From NCBI GenBank assembly GCA_030749415.1, contig JASMKC010000023.1, positions 2,833-66,832 of the forward strand: DNA of 64,000 nucleotides, given 5' to 3'. This document shows positions 1 to 10,076 of the stretch, one piece after another. The notes below the pieces were generated by a model that worked only from the letters and a program-made list of their open reading frames with translations, did not search any database and had not been told where the DNA came from. This DNA is from Myxococcota bacterium (GTDB lineage: Bacteria; Myxococcota_A; UBA9160; SMWR01). Position 1 is the stretch's first letter, and every line of letters begins with the position of its first letter. The position numbers were made by a program, and so were the translations under genes.

Positions 1-4
1 GCCC

Positions 5-658
5 ATGATCGAGATGGTGGCGAAGCGCGTTGCGGACCCGATGATTCGCGAGGCCTTGGAGCTGCAGTCTTTCGAGGAGACACGCCACGCGCGTCTGATG
101 GACTACATGATCAAGCTCTATGATCTTCCCGCCGAGGATCCGAAGGACTTCAGCAGCCCGGATCCTCTCACGGAGTTCATCGACTTCGGCTTCGAAGAGT
201 GCCTCGATTCCTTCGGCGGCTTCGGTCTCTTCGAACTCGTTCGTCAGTCTAAACTCCTCCCGGAGTCCCTGCTCGAGATCTTCGAGAACGTGATGCGCGA
301 GGAGTCCCATCACATCGTCTTCTTCACCAACTGGTACGCCCATCGCGAGACGGCCAGCGGCTTCTCGAACCGGCTATTGCTGCCACCGCGGATCGCGTGG
401 TACTACGCGAGGGCGCTTCTCAAGATTCGGGACCTGGTGAAGGTCGATGACGCGGAGCCGGGTGCGGCCTTCATCGTCACCGGCGCGCGGGACTTCACCG
501 ACAGCCTCACGCCAAGACTCGTTCTCGAGACCTGCGTCGCGGAGAACGAACGGCGCCTGGCAGGCTTCGATCGCCGCCTGCTGATGCCGACCTTCGTTCC
601 GCGGCTGGCGCGCGTGGCGCGCCGCGCGCTCAGTCTCGTCCCCGGACGCGGCGCCTGA
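5..658 (+). CDS. ferritin-like di-iron protein (probable di-iron oxygenase); may be 5'-truncated by the window edge
   Basis: The ORF reaches the window start. It has two EXXH motifs (FEETRH, MREESHH) spaced as in di-iron carboxylate proteins. Confidence 0.6.
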   Translation: MIEMVAKRVADPMIREALELQSFEETRHARLMDYMIKLYDLPAEDPKDFSSPDPLTEFIDFGFEECLDSFGGFGLFELVRQSKLLPESLLEIFENVMREESHHIVFFTNWYAHRETASGFSNRLLLPPRIAWYYARALLKIRDLVKVDDAEPGAAFIVTGARDFTDSLTPRLVLETCVAENERRLAGFDRRLLMPTFVPRLARVARRALSLVPGRGA

Positions 659-837
659 GCCACGCCCCCGAGCGCGTGATCGGCATAGTCACGCGTTCTG
701 CCCCTGCCAATTCTGTGTCCTGGACGGCGGTCCAGACCGGTATTGGTATCGGCCTGTTTGCCGTTCTCGTGACCGGTTGTTCGATGGAGGCGGCGTCCGT
801 GCCGTACAATGGCAGCGGGAGACGAGGAATTCAGACG

Positions 838-1179
838 ATGACACCCGAACAAGTTGCTGAGACCTACTTTTCACGAATGCGTGCGCACGATATGAGCGTG
901 GTCGATCTATTCCACGAGGACGCCGTGTTGTTGGGCCTCGGTATGCGCGTGTCGGGCCGCCAGGCGATCCGGGAGTTCTACGCGAAGGCGATCGAAGCGG
1001 GTGGGCCGCAGCCCAGATCGGCCGGTCCGCTGATGACGGACGGTCGCCGCGTGGCTGCAGAAGTCTACATCGACCTGTCCAACGGCTCGATCGTGCACGC
1101 CGTAGACATCTTCCACGTCGAGGATGGCCGCATCCGCATGCTCAACTACTTCATCGCCGATGAGCCCGCCGCGCAGTAG
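838..1179 (+). CDS. SnoaL/NTF2-like small protein
   Basis: ATG at 838 (MTPEQVAETYFSRM...). About 113 aa with a SnoaL-like pattern (...AVDIFHVEDGRIRMLNYF). The upstream part of ORF 676.. looks non-coding. Confidence 0.55.
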   Translation: MTPEQVAETYFSRMRAHDMSVVDLFHEDAVLLGLGMRVSGRQAIREFYAKAIEAGGPQPRSAGPLMTDGRRVAAEVYIDLSNGSIVHAVDIFHVEDGRIRMLNYFIADEPAAQ

Positions 1180-1304
1180 CGTTCCGGCGTTCAGTGCTAC
1201 AGCGATGAGTGGCGTCAGCCGGTCTGCTCGTTCCGGTCCTTCGGGACCACGGGTGGGGCGCAATGGTGGCTGCTAGACTCCGCCCCTCATCTGGGAGGGC
1301 CGTG

Positions 1305-2462
1305 ATGAAATTCTCCCTGATCTACGAAGCGCAGACGGTGGACGCGTCCCGACGGGGCGATCACAAGGTCTACGAGGAGATGGTCGAGCAGTGTCTGCTG
1401 GCCGAGAAGATGGGCTTCGACGTGATCTGGGCAGTCGAGCACACTTCGCTCACCAACTACGCCCACATGAGCGCCCCGGAAACCTTCCTCGCCTTCCTCG
1501 CCGGCAAGACCGAGCGCATCCACCTCGGGCACGGCGTCGTGTGTCTGCCGCCGGCGATGAATCATCCGATCAAGGTGGCCGAGCGCATCGCCACGCTCGA
1601 CATCCTCTCCAAGGGACGCCTCCACTTCGGTGTCGGCAAGGGCGGAAGCCAGCAGGAGGCGGGTGCCTTCGGCTACGACCTCGAAACGCTCCAGCCTCAG
1701 ATCGACGAGTCGATGTACCTGATTCCGAAGATGTTCGTGCAAGACGAAATCGAGCACGACGGCGAGTACATGAAGATCCCGCGCCGGCCCGTCCACCCGA
1801 AACCCTACCAAGACCCCCACCCGCCCATGTATCTGGCCTGCACGAGGACGGATTCGCTGGAGTGGGCGGGCGGCCGCGGCATGGGGGCCCTGGTGCTCGG
1901 CTTCGGTGGGCCCGAGGAGGTGGCCAAGAAGAACGATTTCTATCGGAAGTCGTGGGCGAATCGCAAGCCGGAGGATCAGGTCGGCTACCGCCCGATCGAG
2001 CACCTTGCGGTCTTGTGTCCGGCAATCGTCCTGGAGGACGGGCAGCAAGCCCGGAAGATCGGAATTCGCGGGCAGCGCTATTTCATGGAGTCGCTGGCGT
2101 ACTGGTACACAGGTGGCCCCCGACCCGATCACACGCTGTGGGGGGACGACGATCTGATGGTGACGCAGACGACGGGCGAGACGATCATCCGCTCTCGCTG
2201 GGCCTCTGAGGAACTCGTCGTCGATTTCAGCGATCCGGCGCTGTCGATGATGAACCCGAACCACGCCTACGGGACTGTCGAGGATTGCATCGGCTACGTC
2301 ACCCGACTGGTGGAGGCCGGCGCCGACGAGATCCTCTTCGTCTGCCAGATGGGCACCGTCCCGCAGTGGGCGCAATTGGAGACGATCCGCAACATCGGCG
2401 AGCAGGTCATTCCGCACTTCGGAGGCCAGAGCGCCGAGTCGGTGGGGGATACGGGCGCCTGA
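1305..2462 (+). CDS. LLM-class (luciferase-like) flavin-dependent oxidoreductase
   Basis: ATG 1305 is preceded by GGGAGGG. Motifs: MKFSLIYE, GFDVIWAVEH, LDILSKGRLHFGVGKG. Confidence 0.85.
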   Translation: MKFSLIYEAQTVDASRRGDHKVYEEMVEQCLLAEKMGFDVIWAVEHTSLTNYAHMSAPETFLAFLAGKTERIHLGHGVVCLPPAMNHPIKVAERIATLDILSKGRLHFGVGKGGSQQEAGAFGYDLETLQPQIDESMYLIPKMFVQDEIEHDGEYMKIPRRPVHPKPYQDPHPPMYLACTRTDSLEWAGGRGMGALVLGFGGPEEVAKKNDFYRKSWANRKPEDQVGYRPIEHLAVLCPAIVLEDGQQARKIGIRGQRYFMESLAYWYTGGPRPDHTLWGDDDLMVTQTTGETIIRSRWASEELVVDFSDPALSMMNPNHAYGTVEDCIGYVTRLVEAGADEILFVCQMGTVPQWAQLETIRNIGEQVIPHFGGQSAESVGDTGA

Positions 2463-2739
2463 GCGCTTTGCGCTGAACACGACCGGCGCGCGCCTCTCCG
2501 AGGTTGCGCGACGTGACCTCTCCTCCCTTGCCAGCGGCGAACTGCCACGTTGCATCGAGATCGAGCACGGCGGGGCCCTCGAGGCGGGGCTCGATGCCCT
2601 TACCCGGCACGCTTGTTTTCGCGTTATCTTCGCCTACGCTCTGCTTTCCCCAGCGCGCTCCTTCTCCGGACGACTCGGACCGGGGCCCTTCCCGGTAAGG
2701 GGACGGCGGTGGGGAGACGAGACGGAGGCCCGGGTTCGA

Positions 2740-4980
2740 ATGACCTCAACCCCGCTGGACGCGTCGAACGGACCGCGTAGCGCGCGAAGCCACCTGCAGT
2801 CTCCCCACTCCTCCGATCCGCTCCCTTCGCCCTCCCAACTCCACCTCCGGGGGCTCAACGCGGCGCAGCGCCTCGCGGTCGTGCACGGCACCGAGGCCGA
2901 TACCGCTGCTGCCAACGCCGCCCAGTCCACCAGCAGCGAAGCCGGGGGGATCGAGCCCGAAGCCGAGGCGCTGCTGATCATTGCGGGCGCGGGCTCGGGC
3001 AAGACCAACACGCTGGCGCATCGCGTCGCGCACCTGGTTCTGAGCGGTGCCGACCCGCGGCGCATCCTGATGCTCACGTTCACGCGCAGGGCGGCGGCCG
3101 AGATGACGCGGCGTTCACAGCGCATCTGTGCTGCTGCCCTGGCCTGCGCCGCTTCCGAGAATCAAGGGAGCCGGGGAGTTACCAGGCGACACAGCAACCC
3201 TGCCCAGTCGATCCAGTGGTCGGGCACGTTCCATGGCATCGCCAACCGGCTGCTCCGCCTGCACGCCGGGGCGGTTGGTCTCGACCCGTCCTTCACGGTG
3301 CTCGACCGCTCTGACTCGTCAGACCTGCTCGATCTGCTCCGCAACGAACTGGGCTTCGCCCAGAAGTCCTCCCGCTTCCCGCGAAAGGCGACCTGCCTTT
3401 CTATCTACTCACACGCCGTCAACTCTCAGTGCTCGGTCGAAGACAGTCTGAAGCGCGGCTTCCCGTGGTGCGAGTCATGGGCCGATGAACTCCGTGAGCT
3501 CTTTGGTGCCTATGTCGCGAGCAAGCAGAAGCAGAACGTGCTCGACTACGACGACCTGATTCTCTACTGGTATTACCTGATGGCCGAAGAGGCCATTGCA
3601 CCGGAGGTGCGCCGCCGCTTCGATCACGTTCTCGTCGACGAGTACCAGGACACCAATGCGCTGCAGGCCGGCATCCTGCTGGGCCTCAAGCCCGATGGTT
3701 GCGGGCTGACCGTCGTCGGAGACGATGCCCAGTCGATCTATTCCTTCCGGGCTGCCAGCATCCGCAACATCCTCGATTTTCCGCAGCACTTCACGCGGCC
3801 AGCGCGGGTGGTGACGCTCGAGCAGAACTACCGCTCCACGCAGCCCATCCTGGCGGCCTGCAACGCGGTGATCGACCTGGCGGAGGAGCACTTCAGCAAG
3901 CGCCTCTACTCGCTCCGCGAGTCGCAACAGAAGCCAATCCTCATCAGCGTCGAAGACGAAGCCTGCCAGGTCGACTACGTGGTCGAGCAGATCCTCGAAC
4001 AGCGGGAGGCGGGGATCGACCTCAAGAAACAGGCCGTCCTGATGCGGACCTCACACCACAGCGACGCGCTCGAGGTCGAGTTGTCGCGACGCAACATCCC
4101 GTTCGTGAAGTTTGGCGGCCTCAAGTTCCTGGAGGCCGCGCACGTCAAGGATTTGCTGTGTGTACTGCGTTGGGTCGAGAACCCACGCGATCGTGTAGCG
4201 GGGTTCCGGGTGCTGCAGATCCTTCCCGGTGTCGGACCCCGCAGGGCCCGCGGCGCCATCGAGCACCTCACACGGGGTGCCTTTTCGCTGCGCTCGCTGG
4301 CGGGTTTTCGAGTGCCGGCCGCCGCCGCACAGGATTGGCTGCCGATGTGCGATGTCCTTTGCGAGCTTGGCGAGGCGGACTGGCAGGGTCAGGTGGGGCT
4401 CGCGCGCCGTTGGTACCAACCCCATCTCGAGCGACTCTACGATGCGCCGCACGTGCGGACGGTCGACCTCGAGCAACTCGAGCAGATCTCGGGCGGCTAC
4501 CCGAGCCGCGAGCGCTTCCTCACGGAGCTCACGCTGGATCCCCCCGATGCGAGTGGCGATGAAGCCGGCCCGCCCCTGCGCGACGAGGATTACCTCATCC
4601 TGTCGACCATCCACTCGGCGAAGGGGCAGGAGTGGGATGTCGTCTACCTCCTCAACGCGGCCGACGGCTGCATTCCCTCCGATATGGCAACCGGCACGCC
4701 CGAAGACATCGAAGAGGAGCGCAGGCTCTTGTATGTGGCGATGACGCGTGCAAAGGAAAGGCTCCACCTCCTGCACCCGCTGCGCTTCTTCACGCGACAG
4801 CAGCACCGCCACGGCGACAGCCACGTCTACGCCCCGCGCAGCCGATTCCTGCCCGACTCGGTGCTTCCGTACTTCGAGCGCCAGACTCACGGTCGCCTCC
4901 TGCCGACCGACGGCGCCGCAAAAGCACAGGACTGCAGCGTCGACGTGGGCGCGAAGCTCCGAAACATGTGGGTCCGCTGA
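2740..4980 (+). CDS. UvrD/Rep/PcrA-family SF1 DNA helicase
   Basis: Walker A IIAGAGSGKTNT, motif II VDEYQDTN, QNYRST, and VAMTRAKERL near the C-terminus. Confidence 0.9.
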   Translation: MTSTPLDASNGPRSARSHLQSPHSSDPLPSPSQLHLRGLNAAQRLAVVHGTEADTAAANAAQSTSSEAGGIEPEAEALLIIAGAGSGKTNTLAHRVAHLVLSGADPRRILMLTFTRRAAAEMTRRSQRICAAALACAASENQGSRGVTRRHSNPAQSIQWSGTFHGIANRLLRLHAGAVGLDPSFTVLDRSDSSDLLDLLRNELGFAQKSSRFPRKATCLSIYSHAVNSQCSVEDSLKRGFPWCESWADELRELFGAYVASKQKQNVLDYDDLILYWYYLMAEEAIAPEVRRRFDHVLVDEYQDTNALQAGILLGLKPDGCGLTVVGDDAQSIYSFRAASIRNILDFPQHFTRPARVVTLEQNYRSTQPILAACNAVIDLAEEHFSKRLYSLRESQQKPILISVEDEACQVDYVVEQILEQREAGIDLKKQAVLMRTSHHSDALEVELSRRNIPFVKFGGLKFLEAAHVKDLLCVLRWVENPRDRVAGFRVLQILPGVGPRRARGAIEHLTRGAFSLRSLAGFRVPAAAAQDWLPMCDVLCELGEADWQGQVGLARRWYQPHLERLYDAPHVRTVDLEQLEQISGGYPSRERFLTELTLDPPDASGDEAGPPLRDEDYLILSTIHSAKGQEWDVVYLLNAADGCIPSDMATGTPEDIEEERRLLYVAMTRAKERLHLLHPLRFFTRQQHRHGDSHVYAPRSRFLPDSVLPYFERQTHGRLLPTDGAAKAQDCSVDVGAKLRNMWVR

Positions 4981-5185
4981 GGCGGCGAGTCCAGCGGCTT
5001 TCACGGCCGGTGCGATCTTCACGAGGCCCCGTCGAGCGGAACCCTCGAGGAAGACCGAGAGCCAGACGGATGTTTCAGGACAGCCGCAAGCCACGTGCCA
5101 TCTCTGGCCTACGTGATTCCGTGTCCTTTCGGTCGTCGCGGCACGTGGGTGCCCGAAGTGCCATCAGCAGCCGCCCACCAGGGCG

Positions 5186-6691
5186 TCAGAAGGACACGAC
5201 CATTTCGATGTAGCTGTAGTCGAGATTCCTGGTGGTGAAGTTCGCATTCACGATCCCCTGGCCGAAGCCGTGGCCGTAGTAGCCGTAGAACTTCACGTTG
5301 CGGTTGGGCTTCCAGGTGAGCGCCACGTCGAGCAGGTAGGCCCCCTCGTTGCAGCCGTGTGTCGGCATGCCGCCGAAGCCGAAGAAGGTGTCGCTGGTGG
5401 CGCCGCTTCCGAAGTAGGCCAAGTCGGCACTTTCGTTGGCCCGCAGCCAGTGCCCCGCGACCATGATGCTGAGGGTCGGGTGTGGGAACAGGTAGCCCTG
5501 CAGGAATACGTCCTGGTTGTTCATCATGTTGTAGAACGGTGTCCGGGCGTAAAGGCGGCAGGTGGGCAGCATCTGGAAGAAGCTGTCGTGGTCGCCGTCG
5601 TTGGGGTCCGAGTCGCCCGAGCCGCGGGTGATGCCGGCGCGCAGCCACGGCTTGCCGTAGAACTCGGGGAACTGATAGCCGAACTCCGCGGTCCAGGCCC
5701 AGGCGCTGTGGTCGAGCTGCTGCCAGTCTCCGAACTGATAGACACCCCAGAAGAGCGCGTCGCCGCGACCGGGCCCGAATTCCTCGACGTGGACGAAGTT
5801 GCCGCCGATGGTGTTGATGTCGAGGCTTTTCCCCACCGAGGCCTCGCGCACCGGCAGCGGCCGGTTGTCGAGCACCACGATGTCGCGGCTGTCGTTGTAG
5901 TGGTAGTAGAAGAGCCGCCCGACCGATCGCGGCAGCCAGTCGGAGTCGGGCAGGTTGAGCGAGGCGCCGATCACGTGGATGTCGGTGATCTCCTCGTTCG
6001 CGTCGATTTCGAAGCCGCCGTAGGTGGGCATGAAGCCAGCCACCGTGACGTTGATGTTCTCGTTCTCGTACTGGATCTTGCCGCCGTCGAAGCTGCGACC
6101 GACCATCGTGTACTCGAAGTTGCCGATCAACCTCTCCTGGATCCGGTTGCCCAAGAGGAACCTGAGTGCCGGGTTGTCGACCTCGGCGATCGCCTGCATA
6201 CCGTCTGAGTAGGGAATGCGGCCTCCCATGATCGAGAAGCCATCGAGGGTGTCCCAGCCGCGGATGTGCGCCCAGCCGTTGCGCAGGATCGACGCCTGCT
6301 GGAAGGTGTCGCTGGTATTCGCGAAGTAAAGGCCGCCCGGTCCGGGGCCTCCCGACGGCAGGCCGTCGAGCAGAGTGTGCTGGAACTGCGCGAAGACCTG
6401 GACAGGGCCCTTGGCCACGCCCACTCCGAACTTGAAGCGGTTGCCGAGGAAATTGTCTCTGTTGTCCCGGGCCGACGAGGTGGGCGGTGGCTTCCACCAG
6501 TTGATGAACTCGCCGCGAATCTGGTTGCTGATCGAGAAGGTGACCGTGGAGTCCCACGGGCCGTTGAAGGCCAGGGGTGGGACCTCGTAGTCCTTGAAGC
6601 TGAATTCGGTGGGCTCGGCTGCTGCAATGAGCGGGACCAGGAGCCCGAGAGTGAGGCCGATCCAGGTTGTGCGTCGGATGGCTCTTCCCAT
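5186..6691 (-). CDS. outer-membrane beta-barrel porin, alginate-export (AlgE-like) family candidate
   Basis: ATG at 6691 gives the signal peptide MGRAIRRTTWIGLTLGLLVPLIAAAEP. The sequence is aromatic/Gly-rich with an alternating pattern and ends in the OMP-type terminus ...YIEMVVSF. Confidence 0.7.
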   Translation of the reverse strand: MGRAIRRTTWIGLTLGLLVPLIAAAEPTEFSFKDYEVPPLAFNGPWDSTVTFSISNQIRGEFINWWKPPPTSSARDNRDNFLGNRFKFGVGVAKGPVQVFAQFQHTLLDGLPSGGPGPGGLYFANTSDTFQQASILRNGWAHIRGWDTLDGFSIMGGRIPYSDGMQAIAEVDNPALRFLLGNRIQERLIGNFEYTMVGRSFDGGKIQYENENINVTVAGFMPTYGGFEIDANEEITDIHVIGASLNLPDSDWLPRSVGRLFYYHYNDSRDIVVLDNRPLPVREASVGKSLDINTIGGNFVHVEEFGPGRGDALFWGVYQFGDWQQLDHSAWAWTAEFGYQFPEFYGKPWLRAGITRGSGDSDPNDGDHDSFFQMLPTCRLYARTPFYNMMNNQDVFLQGYLFPHPTLSIMVAGHWLRANESADLAYFGSGATSDTFFGFGGMPTHGCNEGAYLLDVALTWKPNRNVKFYGYYGHGFGQGIVNANFTTRNLDYSYIEMVVSF

Positions 6692-6774
6692 TCCCCTGTT
6701 TTTCTTCCCCTTGCCCGCCGCGTCACGCGCCGGACGCACCCCGGGTGCAAGAGTGGTCTGGAAACCTCCCGACC

Positions 6775-7080
6775 TCAAGTGGCCCGGGGTGGGGCGGCGT
6801 GCTCGCGCTCCTGCTCCTCCAGAAACGAGAGGGCTCCTCCCGGAGCATGTCGGAGTCGGGATACTCGATGATCGTCGCACGGTCGTGCAGACAGCGGCAG
6901 GGTGACGTCGAGGATCGTTCCCCAGCACGCGCCAGAGACGTTCGCCATCATCACCACCCGGTTGGCGAGAAAGAATGCCACGCCGGTGTCACAGCAAGCA
7001 ACGCAGCTGGTAGGCTTTGCCTTGTCCCCGGCCACATCGACGCCTTTGGCGGTAACGGAAGTTTCGCCGTAGCTTGCCAT
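6775..7080 (-). CDS. hypothetical small Cys-containing protein (start uncertain; the ORF extends to 7257)
   Basis: It is the only protein-like frame in the lower-GC gap upstream of the porin, on the same strand with its stop 84 nt before the porin start. I recognise no family. Confidence 0.25.
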   Translation of the reverse strand: MASYGETSVTAKGVDVAGDKAKPTSCVACCDTGVAFFLANRVVMMANVSGACWGTILDVTLPLSARPCDDHRVSRLRHAPGGALSFLEEQEREHAAPPRAT

Positions 7081-7289
7081 CGGCAGCGTGAAGATCTGGA
7101 CGAGTGCAGCGAGAGAGTTCGGTTCGTTGAGCACGACTTCCCTGTCCGGTAACACGATGAGTGAAGTCTCACTCTGGAACCCAGTCCTAACAATAGGGGC
7201 ATACCCTATTGCACGGTATCCCCTTTCGTGTTCTACCTGAAAACATGAGCTGGACACGCATCAACTCGTTGTTTTCGTGCTGATAATGC

Positions 7290-8501
7290 GTGAGGAATGA
7301 CATGGATGTCGACACTCGGAATCTGACGGTTCGCTATCTCGCTGTTCTTGCGATCATCGGCCTTGTGTCGATGGTCGGTCAGGGCCTGTTGAACCATCGA
7401 CTGGCCCAGCAGCAGGAGGTCTCGGCCCGCATCAATGGCGCGGGTCGCCAACGCATGCTCAGTCAACGCTTGGGGCATTTGCTTCTGCGTTCCCCGGCGG
7501 AAGCGGTCGTGTTGGAGGCCGTGCTCGAGGAGTGGGTGGCCACACATTCTGCATTGGTCAGCCAACCGAACTCGATGGGTGTGTTCGGCAGCAACAATAC
7601 GGACATGCAACGTCGCATCGACGACCTGATTCCGTCTTTTTCAGCTCTGGAACAGGCGGTATTGGCACGGGATATTCCGGCGTTCTTCGAGGAAGAGAGC
7701 AGGTATTTGGAGCGAATGGATGCCGTGGTTCTCCAGTTGGAGGCCGAGGATCAATTGCGTGTGATTCGGCTTCGCAGGGCTTCGTTTGCCGCATTGGCTT
7801 TTTTGTTGGGTTTGTTGGTGTGGTCCGGATGGTTCATTTTCGCGCCAGCGGTGAGAGATCTCAGGCAGTCGATGATCCGACGGCGTGAAGCGGAAGATGC
7901 TCTGGTGGAGGTCGCGAGTCTGGAGCGAAGACGGATCGGTCAAGTATTGCACGACGAGCTGGGTTCCCGCCTGGCTGGGGTGTCGTTGCTCGCCCGCTCG
8001 GGAGCGCCGGGGGGCACCCTTGCGGACGAGGTGGACAGGGCTTTGGTGATCATTCGTGGGTTGGGTCAGGGTCTCAATCCGGAGACTGAACTGGTCGATG
8101 GCTTGGGCCCAGGTCTCGAACAACTGGTCGAGCGTTCCCGCCTCTTGAACGACGGTGAAGTCGATGCACATATCGACATCACCTGTAGACCGAAGAACGA
8201 TGTTGCGTTGAACCTGTTTTGTATTGCCCAGGAGATGCTCTGGAATGCGGTGCAGCATGCCGAAGCAGATTTGGTGGGCTTGCAGTTCACCTGCCACCAT
8301 GATGGTTGCACATTGGCGGTATGGGACACGGGAAAGGGCTTCGATCCCGATGCGACCGATGCCAGGCGCATGGGGTTGGCCATCATCTACTCACGGGCTC
8401 GCCGAATCGGAGCGGGGCTCAAGCTGGATTCGAAGATAGGCAAGGGCACGCGGGTGGTGTGCACCCTGCATGCCAAAGGCCTCGAGGCAGATTCATGTTG
8501 A
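7290..8501 (+). CDS. sensor histidine kinase, NarX/NarQ-like periplasmic sensor (PilJ-type N-domain) plus HisKA_3/HATPase
   Basis: GTG start. P-box-like RINGAGRQRMLSQRL between two TM segments; H-box HDELGSRLAGV; DTGKGF and GLAIIYSRA ATPase motifs. Confidence 0.85.
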   Translation: MRNDMDVDTRNLTVRYLAVLAIIGLVSMVGQGLLNHRLAQQQEVSARINGAGRQRMLSQRLGHLLLRSPAEAVVLEAVLEEWVATHSALVSQPNSMGVFGSNNTDMQRRIDDLIPSFSALEQAVLARDIPAFFEEESRYLERMDAVVLQLEAEDQLRVIRLRRASFAALAFLLGLLVWSGWFIFAPAVRDLRQSMIRRREAEDALVEVASLERRRIGQVLHDELGSRLAGVSLLARSGAPGGTLADEVDRALVIIRGLGQGLNPETELVDGLGPGLEQLVERSRLLNDGEVDAHIDITCRPKNDVALNLFCIAQEMLWNAVQHAEADLVGLQFTCHHDGCTLAVWDTGKGFDPDATDARRMGLAIIYSRARRIGAGLKLDSKIGKGTRVVCTLHAKGLEADSC

Positions 8502-9124
8502 GTGTCTTCGTGGTCGACGATCACCCGGTGTTTCGTCTCGGGCTGAGCCATTTACTCGAGGCGAGTGGCATTCATGTCTGTGGCGAGGCCGATTCGGTGG
8601 AGTCGGCGCTCAGTCAGATCGACGAGGCCAAGGCCGATGTGATTATCGTCGATATGAGTTTGCCCGATGGTAGTGGTGTCCGATTGTTGAACGAACTTCA
8701 GGGGCGGCCCAAAGCGCCGCCGGCCCTGGTGGTGTCCATGCACGATGAATCGGTCTACGCCCGCCGTGCGATGGAGGCCGGGGCCCGAGGGTATGTACCC
8801 AAAGCGGATGTCTCGAGCCGAATTGTTCAGGCAGTCAAGGATGTGAGCCGGGGGAGGCTGGCCATCAGCGACCAGGTTCGCAGAAGTCTGTTCGTGACCG
8901 ATGGCTTCAACGCCGATGTCACCACTTACCTCGATCGCTTGTCCGACCGCGAACTCGAGATTTTCAACTTGGTGGGGCAGGCCACAGCGACCAAGAGCAT
9001 TGCCACGACGTTGGGGATCAGCACCAAGACGGTGGAGGCTCATCAGGCCAAGATCAAGACAAAGCTTGGCATTGCCTCGATGGCGGAGTTGATTCGGGCT
9101 GCAGCGATCTGGAGCAGCGAATGA
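8495..9124 (+). CDS. NarL/FixJ (LuxR-type HTH) response regulator
   Basis: The ATG overlaps the kinase stop (ATGTTGA). REC motifs VFVVDDHP and IIVDMSLPDGSG. C-terminal LSDRELEIF...TVEAHQAKIKTKLG. Confidence 0.9.
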   Translation: MLSVFVVDDHPVFRLGLSHLLEASGIHVCGEADSVESALSQIDEAKADVIIVDMSLPDGSGVRLLNELQGRPKAPPALVVSMHDESVYARRAMEAGARGYVPKADVSSRIVQAVKDVSRGRLAISDQVRRSLFVTDGFNADVTTYLDRLSDRELEIFNLVGQATATKSIATTLGISTKTVEAHQAKIKTKLGIASMAELIRAAAIWSSE

Positions 9125-9345
9125 GTCTCGTCCTCACCGGCGGCGATGCGGGGTGTCGAGGCGATCCAAAAAAGTAGGCCCACGTCTCGGCCCGATGGGT
9201 CCGCGCTGCCTGCGGATATCGACCGGTCCAAACTGACCCTGGTGGTGGGTTGAGACCGGGAGAATTCTCGCGAGAATGTGTGACGGATCGGGGCTGGACC
9301 TCCCGGCGATGCCCGACGAAGTTGCTCGCCAGGCAGCTCGAAGGA

Positions 9346-9981
9346 TCAGCCCGAACGAGCGGTGATCCTGTTTCGCACGAAGAGGCTGATGAGCCCCACG
9401 GCGAGCAGCACGCCCAATGCGGGCCACAGCCAGGCGGGCATGTCACCCGCAAGCTCGATGCCCTTCGCGGGCAAGACCACGTGGACGACGGTCGCCGGAG
9501 CCAGCACGATCGCCGAACCGATGAGATAGTTGCGCGTGGAGACCGCAGAGACCCCGACCAGGATGTCTACGGCCGGGTTGATCCAAAGAAGGAGTCGCAG
9601 CAGCACGACGGTCCGCAGCGGGTGCTGCTCGAGGCGCTCTTCGTACCGGCGCAGCCTCGCGGGAATGCGATCGGCCGCCCACTCGCGACCGAGTCGCCTG
9701 GCCGCCGCGTAGAAGAGCAGGCTCGGAACGGCGCTCGCGATGGCCGAGTACAGGATCGCAAGGGGGATGGGCCAGAGACTTCCCGACAGCCAGATCGGTG
9801 GTCCGGCTAGCATCACGGGGAAGAGAAGGAGGACGAGGCCGACGAAGGCCAGCGGCCCCGCTGCACCGGCGTCGTCCACCATGACTCGGAGCCGATCGGG
9901 ATCCGAGAGCTCGGCCAGGGTGCCCATCCACCAGAGCCAGCCCAGAAGAGCCGCCGCAGCACAAAGGAGCACCCACTTCAC
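9346..9981 (-). CDS. TVP38/TMEM64 (DedA/SNARE-associated-like) membrane protein
   Basis: Multi-TM protein containing RLLLWINPAVDILVGVSAVSTRNYLIGS. A GTG at 9981 is the plausible start; the ORF extends to 10083. Confidence 0.6.
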   Translation of the reverse strand: MKWVLLCAAAALLGWLWWMGTLAELSDPDRLRVMVDDAGAAGPLAFVGLVLLLFPVMLAGPPIWLSGSLWPIPLAILYSAIASAVPSLLFYAAARRLGREWAADRIPARLRRYEERLEQHPLRTVVLLRLLLWINPAVDILVGVSAVSTRNYLIGSAIVLAPATVVHVVLPAKGIELAGDMPAWLWPALGVLLAVGLISLFVRNRITARSG

Positions 9982-10076
9982 ACGCGACCTCCCGCACACC
10001 CTTACACGGCCCGAACGAAGCGCAGGGCCCGAGGCGGTGGTGATGATACGCTGTTGTATGCCAGGAAGGGCGCATG

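Noticed and set aside
1287-2555. 422-aa ORF antisense to the LLM oxidoreductase
   Set aside because: It is Arg/Ala/Gly/Pro/Leu-rich with low complexity, typical of a spurious antisense frame in GC-rich DNA. The opposite strand carries clear family motifs.
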